NCBI RefSeq assembly: GCF_964213995.1
Contig: NC_135809.1
Span: 78,430,001-78,494,000, forward strand
Reading direction: 5' to 3'
Length of the DNA: 64,000 bases
DNA from: Mustelus asterias
Taxonomy: Eukaryota
Under the pieces are notes generated by a model that saw nothing but the letters and a program-made list of their open reading frames with translations, made no database searches and was not told where the DNA came from. A program made the translations under genes and the position numbers. Numbering within the stretch: the first letter of the stretch is position 1; every line of letters starts with the position of its first letter. Positions 57,257-64,000 of this stretch are shown one piece after another.

Positions 57257-59460
57257 AGAACATAGAACATAGAACAGCACAGAACAGGCCCTTCGGCCCA
57301 CGATGTTGTGCCGAGCTTTGTCTGAAACCCAGATCAAGCTATTTCCTCCCTATCATCCCGAAGTACTCCATGTGCCTATCCAATAGCTTCTTAAATGTTC
57401 CTAAAGTTTCTGACTCCACTATCCCTGCAGGCAGTCCATTCCACAACCCAACCACTCTCTGAGTAAAAACCCTACCTCGGACATCCTTCCTATATCTCCC
57501 ACCATGAACCCTATAGTTATGCCCCCTAGTTACCGCTCCATTCACCCGAGGAAATAGTCTTTGAACGTTCACTCTATCTATCCCCCTCATCATCTTATAA
57601 ACCTCTATCAAGTCTCCTCTCAACCTCCTCCGCTCCAAAGAGAAAAGCCCAAGTTCCCTCAACCTTTCCTCATAAGACCTACCCTCCAAACCAGGCAGCA
57701 TCCTGGTAAATCTCCTTTGCACTCTTTCCTGTGTCTCCACATCCTCCTTATAGTGAGGTGACCAGTACTGCACACAATATTCCAAATGTGGTCTCACCAA
57801 GGTCCTGTACAGTTGCAGCATAACCCCACAGCTCTTAAACTCAAACCCCCTGTTAATGAACGCCAACACACTATAGGCCTTCTTCACGGCTCTATCCACT
57901 TGAGTGGCAACCTTTAGAGATCTGTGGATATGAACCCCAAGATCTCTCTGTTCCTCCACATTCTTCAGAACCCTACATTTGACCCTGTAATCCACATTTA
58001 AATTTGTCCTACCAAAATGAATCACCTCGCATTTGTCAGGGTTAAACTCCATTTGCCATTTTTCAGCCCAGCTCTGCATCCTATCTATATCTCTTTGCAG
58101 CCTACAACAGCCCTCCACCTCATCCACTACTCCACCAATCTTGGTGTCATCAGCAAATTTACTGATCCACCCTCCAGCCCCCTCCTCCAAGTCATTTATA
58201 AAAATTACAAATAGCAGAGGACCAAGCACTGATCCCTGTGGCACTCCGCTGGTAACCGGTTTCCAGTCCGAAAATTTTCCATCCACCACCACCCTCTGTC
58301 TTCTGTTAGATAGCCAGTTACCTATCCAATCGGCCAAACTTCCCTCTATCCCACACATCCTTACTTTCTTCATAAGCCGACCGTGGGGGACTTTATCAAA
58401 CGCCTTACTAAAATCCATGTATATGACATCAACTGCACTACCTTCATCTACACACTTAGTTACCTCCTCAAAAAATTCTATCAAATTTGTGAGGCAAGAC
58501 TTGCCCTTCACAAATCCGTGCTGACTATCCCGGATTAAGCTGCATCTTTCTAAATGGTCGTAAATCCTATCTCTAAGGACCTTTTCCATCAGCTTACCGA
58601 CCACCAAAGTAAGACTAACCGGCCTATAATTACCAGGGTCATTTCTATTCCCTTTCTTAAACAGAGGAACCACATTCGCCACTCTCCAGTCCTCTGGCAC
58701 CACCCCCGTGGACAGTGAGGACGCAAAGATCAATGCCAAAGGCTCTGCTATCTCATCCCTTGCCTCCCAAAGAATCCTAGGATATATTTCATCAGGCCCA
58801 GGGGACTTATCAACTTTCAGTTTATTCAAAATTGCTAGTACATCTTCCCTCCAAAGATCTACTTCCTCCAGCCTATCAGCCTGTGACACCATCTCTTCCT
58901 CAAAAACATGGCCTCTCTCCTTGGTGAACACCGAAGAAAAGTATTCATTCATCACCTCTCCTATCACTTCTGACTCCATGCACAAATTCCCACTGCCGTC
59001 CTTGACCGGCCCCAGCCTCACCCTGGTCATTCTTTTATTCCTCACATAAGAGTAAAAAGCCTTGGGGTTTTCCTTGATCTGACCCGCCAAGGACTTCTCA
59101 TGCCCCCTCCTAGCTCTCCTAAGCCTCGTTTTCAGCTCATTTCTTGCTAACTTGTAACCCTCAATCGAGCCAACTGAACATTGTTTTCTCAACCTAACAT
59201 ATGCTTCCTTCTTCCTCTTGACAAGACATTCCACCTCTTTTGTGAATCATGGTTCCCTCACTCGGCCATTTCCTCTCTGCCTGGCAGGGACATACCTATC
59301 AAGGACACGCAGTATTTGTTCCTTGAAAAAGTTCCACTTATCATTAGTGCCTTTGCCTGACAATTTTTGTTCCCATCCTATGCTTCCTAATTCCTGCCTG
59401 ATTGCATCATAATTACCTCTCCCCCAATTGTAAACTATGCCCTGCCGTATGGCCCTCTCC
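57257..59460 (-). mobile_element. CR1 LINE, 5'-truncated, young
   Basis: Perfect 7-bp TSD CTGCATT (57250-57256, 59461-59467); (TTCTATG)n tail. Confidence 0.96.
57339..59234 (-). CDS. CR1 ORF2 reverse-transcriptase portion, 631 aa, no endonuclease
   Basis: KSPGPD, NYRPVSLT, DFSKAFD, GVPQGSVLGP, FADD with no stops; a truncated copy, unlikely to be expressed. Confidence 0.85.
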   Translation of the reverse strand: MECLVKRKKEAYVRLRKQCSVGSIEGYKLARNELKTRLRRARRGHEKSLAGQIKENPKAFYSYVRNKRMTRVRLGPVKDGSGNLCMESEVIGEVMNEYFSSVFTKERGHVFEEEMVSQADRLEEVDLWREDVLAILNKLKVDKSPGPDEIYPRILWEARDEIAEPLALIFASSLSTGVVPEDWRVANVVPLFKKGNRNDPGNYRPVSLTLVVGKLMEKVLRDRIYDHLERCSLIRDSQHGFVKGKSCLTNLIEFFEEVTKCVDEGSAVDVIYMDFSKAFDKVPHGRLMKKVRMCGIEGSLADWIGNWLSNRRQRVVVDGKFSDWKPVTSGVPQGSVLGPLLFVIFINDLEEGAGGWISKFADDTKIGGVVDEVEGCCRLQRDIDRMQSWAEKWQMEFNPDKCEVIHFGRTNLNVDYRVKCRVLKNVEEQRDLGVHIHRSLKVATQVDRAVKKAYSVLAFINRGFEFKSCGVMLQLYRTLVRPHLEYCVQYWSPHYKEDVETQERVQRRFTRMLPGLEGRSYEERLRELGLFSLERRRLRGDLIEVYKMMRGIDRVNVQRLFPRVNGAVTRGHNYRVHGGRYRKDVRGRVFTQRVVGLWNGLPAGIVESETLGTFKKLLDRHMEYFGMIGRK

Positions 59461-61470
59461 CTGCATTGTTAGGAGGTTGGCAGGTCAGGTGACTGCAGCT
59501 CTTTCATTTTCAGTTTGGAGCTGCAGGTTTTAGTTTTAGAAGGGACATCAAGCTGGAAAGCAGTCTCTCTCTCTCTCTCCCTGGTTTTGGAAATTCTGCT
59601 GGTTAGCTGGAAGCAAGGTCTTGCCTTTCTGAGGGGGAGAATCTGCTGTTGGTGCTTTGACCAGAGTCTCTCCCTGTTGTTCTGACTTCTAACTGCTCTG
59701 AGTGTCAGGAGATCCACAGCATTCATCCAAAGGACTCAAGTCCAGTATCAAGTGAGCATTAGTCTTTGCTGGGTTAAACCTGTGAAAAGGGTCTTTTGTC
59801 TATGGAATTGGTTTGATTAGAACATTTTATATATCTTTAAAGGTTATACATTATAGTGGTTGTTTGGTTTCTTGTTTGTAATTGATAAAAGTTCTTGCCA
59901 ATTTTCTTACTATCCATGTTAACTATATTCTTAAATAAACTTTGTTTGATAAAAGCTCCCTCGTTTGAATCATACCTGAAGTGAAACATCTGGCATTTGG
60001 CTTATCCTAGCCAAATTCAAGATGCAAAACTTATAATCCAGGTAGGCTCCATAAAATAACTTTGGAGTTTCTGACCTGAACCATAACAGATGACATGGTG
60101 TTTAACACTGCTACCTCACAGCGCCAGGGACCCAGGTTCGATTCCCGGCTTGGGTCATTGTCTGTGAGGAGTCTGCACATTCTCCCCGTGTCTGCGTGGG
60201 TTTCCTCTGGGTGCTCATGTTCCCCCCCACAGTCCGAAAGATGTGCTGGTTAGGTGGATTGGCCATGCTAAATTCTCCCTCAGTGTACCCAAACAGGCAC
60301 CAGAGTGTGGTGACTAGGGGATTTTCACTAATTTCATTGCGGTGTTAATGTAAGCCTACTTGCAACACTAATAAATTAACTTAAACTTAATACCTTAACT
60401 TTCCCTAATTTGTAACATCCGCTCTCACTTACAGTTAGAGCATACACATCATTGTGACAGGATTGCACACTAAGAGATTCAAAGGAGGAGATGGCGGAGC
60501 AGAGGTCCAGGAAGGGGAATTTCAATGAGTGGAACCTGGGATGCTGATGGTACAGCTCCTATTGATAAAGGGGCAGAATGGAGGGAAGCAAACAAGGAAC
60601 AGAGGTTTGGGGACCATAAAACTGGAGAATGTGTCAGAGATGGAGAGGAATGAGGCCGTGAAGGTATTTACAGCCAAAGCAAAATGAATTAGGACTGACA
60701 GTGTAGATCAGTGAGGGCAAAAGTGATTTGGCCTGGATAAGGTTTGAGCATGAGAGTTTGGATAGAGTGAAGTTTATAGAATGGGGAGATCAGTAAGGAT
60801 GGCATTGTTATTTTATTCACTATATCTGCTGAATGGTGTTATTCAATGTGCTGTATATAGGTTGGGCTCTGTTATACACTGTAAAAAAGATGGGTTATAT
60901 ATATTTTATACAGTTGGGTGTACACTACATAAGTGTATAGTATTTGTGTTGTGTAGTAATATGCTGTAAAGGTTTGGCTGCTGTTTGTTAAAGATGGATA
61001 AGATGTCCAGAGTCTGTAGGCTTTTTGTTGGTCTTTTGGAATTTCTTTAGTTGCCTTGCACTGTACTTGTTCTTTGGCTGAGTGAACAGACGGAAGCAGA
61101 CCCTGCTGTTTTCTCAATGTTACTGTATGATCAAGGACAGGGTCCAGACTGGCACTCTGGCACTCACCATTCAGCTTTCCCTCCAAGTACGGCCAATATA
61201 AACTTAACTGAGGTCAGACTCCACATCGCCTTGCGTCCAACTATTCAAGGCCCACGTCAATCAAATTCTAATGCAATGCACACAGTTGTTGTCATTTTGG
61301 GATTGCATTATGTTGGCCATCAGCCTGAACTGTAGGATATCGGATGGAGAAAGAAAATCGGAGCCTTATAATAAAAATAAATGTCTTGAGCGTTGACTGA
61401 AAGTACAAGCAATAACTCAAAGCCGTCCTTTATTATATGGTCCTCGTCTGAAAGCATATTCAAATTCTTT

Positions 61471-61933
61471 ATAGAACATAGAACATAGAACATAGAAAGC
61501 CACAGCACAAACAGGCCCTTCGGCCCACAAGTTGCGCCGATCACATCCCCACCTCTAGGCCTATCTATAGCCCTCAATCCCATTAAATCCCATGTACTCA
61601 TCCAGAAGTCTCTTAAAAGACCCCAACGAGTTTGCCTCCACCACCACCGACGTCAGCCGATTCCACTCACCCACCACCCTCTGAGTGAAAAACTTACCCC
61701 TGACATCCCCCCTGTACCTACCCCCCAGCACCTTAAACCTGTGTCCTCTCGTAGCAACCATTTCAGCCCTTGGAAATAGCCTCTGAGAGTCCACCCTATC
61801 CAGACCCCTCAACATCTTGTAAACCTCTATCAGGTCACCTCTCATCCTTCGTCTCTCCAGGGAGAAGAGACCAAGCTCCCTCAACCTATCCTCATAAGGC
61901 ATGCCCCCCAATCCAGGCAACATCCTTGTAAAT
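61471..61933 (-). mobile_element. CR1 3' fragment, same subfamily as 43556-44645
   Basis: ORF 61561-61923 is near-identical to the C-terminus of 43882-44565; (CATAGAA)n tail. Confidence 0.95.
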
Positions 61934-62084
61934 GATGGAGAACAGTTGGCAGTTAAGGATATGTTTATGGATATTATAGTGACAATTTTACAAGACTAGG
62001 CTGCATTCAACTGTGATGTGGGTGCACTCATGGCAACAAGTGGAGCTGATTTGTGAGGCATGCCCCTTTCTGCCAACCATGACT

Positions 62085-63040
62085 TGCTGGTAGCACTCTC
62101 GTCTTTCAGTCAGAAAGTTGTGGGTTCAAATCGGCTCTAGACCTTGAGCACAATTTAAAACAAAATTCATTCCTGGGATATTGCCGTCACTGGTTGGACC
62201 TCATCCATAATTGCCCTTGATAAGGTGGTGGTGAGCTGCTTTCTTGAACTGCTGGAGTCACTGAGGTGTAGGTACACCCACAGTGCTGTTAGGGAGGGAG
62301 TTCCAGGATTTTGACCCAGCGACAGTGAAGGAACGGTGATATATTTCCAGATCAGGATGGTGAGTGACTTGGAGGGGAACTTAAAGGTTGCTAGTGTTCC
62401 CAAGTGTCTGCTGCCTCTGTCCTAGATAGTAGTGGTTGTGGGTTTGGAAGGTGCTGTCTAAGGAACCTTGGTGAGTTCCTGAAGTGCATCTCGCAGATAG
62501 TACACACGACTGCCACTGTTACTTGGTGGTGGAGGGAGTTAATGTTTGTAGATGGGGTGCCTACCAAGTGGGCTGCTTTGTCCTTGATGGTGTCAAGCTT
62601 CTTGAACATTGGAGCTGCACTTATCCAAGCAAATGGAGAGTATTCCATCACATTCCTGACTTGTGCCTTGCAAATGGTGGACAGCCTTTGGGGAGTCAGG
62701 AGGTGAGGATTTCTATCCTCTGACCTGCCCTTGTAGCCACAGTATTTATATAACTGGTTCAGTTTCTGGTCAATTGTAACCCTTAAGATGTTGATAGTGG
62801 GGTATTCAGTGATGTCAATACCATTGAATGTCAAAAGGCAATGGTTAGTTTATCCCTTGTCGGAGATGGTCATTGCCTATCACTGGCATGGTGCAAATAT
62901 TATTTGCCACTTGTTAGCCCAAGTTCCAGTCTTGCTGCAGTTGGACATGGGCTGCTTCAGTCCAGAGGCTGATACTTCAGTGCTGAATTAAGGGAGTCAG
63001 AGATGCCATCTTTTGATTGAGACTTTAAACTGAGACCCTG
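62085..63040. mobile_element. LF-SINE-like head (+) interrupted by a CR1/L2-group LINE 3' part (62165-62960, -)
   Basis: GGTAGCACTCTCG...GTTGTGGGTTCAA head resumes at about 62967; LINE motifs TINILRVTIDQKLN, KAQVRNVMEYSPFAW. Confidence 0.75.
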
Positions 63041-63374
63041 GTGAAAGTTTCTATGATTAGCCCCTGCTGGAACGGTGGAACCATTTGTGGATTGGGGATC
63101 CATTTTATTAATTAGTGAGTTTTGCAGGGGCACAGCATTATGAACCCACCTCCACGTTCCCTGAGCAGTCAGGAGGGCAGGTAGAATGAAACATTTGTTC
63201 TGTTAAAAGAAGTATTTCTAATGAAAGAGACCATGACATGAGTTACAAAGGCGAACCAGCACTTGTACATTGAGGCTACAGAAAGCACAGGAACGGAGAG
63301 GAGACCTGGGAAAGCTGCTGTTTCACTCTAACCTGGAGGTCCAGCTGCAGGATCTGATGGTTTGCAAGTGAGGT

Positions 63375-63800
63375 CTCCAGCAACACTCAAGGAACTCGAC
63401 ACCATCCAGGACAAAGCAGGCCGCTTGATTGGTAACCCATCACAAACATTCACTTCCTCCACCACCGACACTCAGTGGCAGAAGTGTGTACTATCGACAA
63501 GATGCACTGCAGGAATTCACCAAGACTCCTTAAACAGTACCTTCCAAAGCCACGACCACTATCATCTAGTTTCCCCTTGGAGGTTCCCCTCCAAGTCGCT
63601 CAGCATCCTGACTTGGAAATGCATCATCATTCCTTCATTGTTGTTGGGTCAAAATCCTGAAACTTCCTCCCTAATAGCGCTGCGAGTATGCCTACACCAC
63701 AAGGACTGGAGTGGTTCAAGAAGGCAGCTCACCACCACCATCTCAAGGACACCTAGGGATGGGCAATAAATGATGGCATTGCTGGTGACACATCCAATAA
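63375..63800 (+). mobile_element. CR1/L2-group LINE 3' fragment
   Basis: PATLKELDTIQDKAGRLIG and the family 3' end GGGATGGGCAATAAATG. Confidence 0.85.
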
Positions 63801-64000
63801 ATATTTTTTTTAAAACTGCATCAATCTCTGTGAATTTACATCTGGATGTCTGCAAAATCAGAGCTTAGTAATGTTGATTTTCATGACACTTGATGAATCA
63901 CTCAGACAGGAGAGGTGGTTTTGTGGTGCAGTGTGTAGTGCTTCTATCTCTGAGCCAGAAGCTTTGGGTTTGAGTGCCACTCCAGGACTTGATGAAAGGT

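Larger units (their letters stand above)
57106..60088 (+). mobile_element. Solo LTR (about 0.78 kb) interrupted by a CR1
   Basis: TGTGATG...CATAACA termini, AATAAA near 59934, imperfect 4-bp TSD. Confidence 0.7.
57092..60390 (+). mobile_element. Alternative-tail V-SINE split by a solo LTR (SINE parts 57092-57105 and 60089-60390)
   Basis: GGGGCGGCACAGTG head resumes after the LTR; tail CTCAGTGTACCC...ACACTAATAAATTAACTTAAAC. Confidence 0.8.

Noticed and set aside
61051-61335. 94-aa ORF after a good acceptor
   Set aside because: The open frame is phase 0, incompatible with the phase-1 donor; the phase-1 frame stops after 11 codons and there is no recognisable domain.

Overview
Vertebrate genomic DNA, almost certainly a shark or other cartilaginous fish. 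I infer this from the repeats: HE1-type V-SINEs with CR1/HER1-like partner LINEs, Deu-domain SINEs, LF-SINE-like elements, Rex1/Babar, RTE, L2, Penelope-like elements (PLEs), Gypsy and Harbinger. The window opens with a 4.7-kb 17-bp minisatellite and is then mostly nested transposable elements, with one 200-N gap. The only host-gene signal I can support is a CpG-rich 5' end at about 41.2-41.7 kb with a 34-nt signal-peptide-like first coding exon (MWPLCLLIAAV+G, donor GTGAGT); I found no compatible exon 2. The long real ORFs are retroelement ORFs: a CR1 ORF2 with unbroken EN+RT (922 aa) and a second CR1 RT (631 aa). The most interesting signal is a set of PLE terminal repeats carrying minimal hammerhead-ribozyme motifs with covariation visible within this window, including a 320-bp fold-back mini-element with one intact hammerhead on each strand. 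All family names come from recalled motifs, not database searches; boundaries of old elements are approximate.
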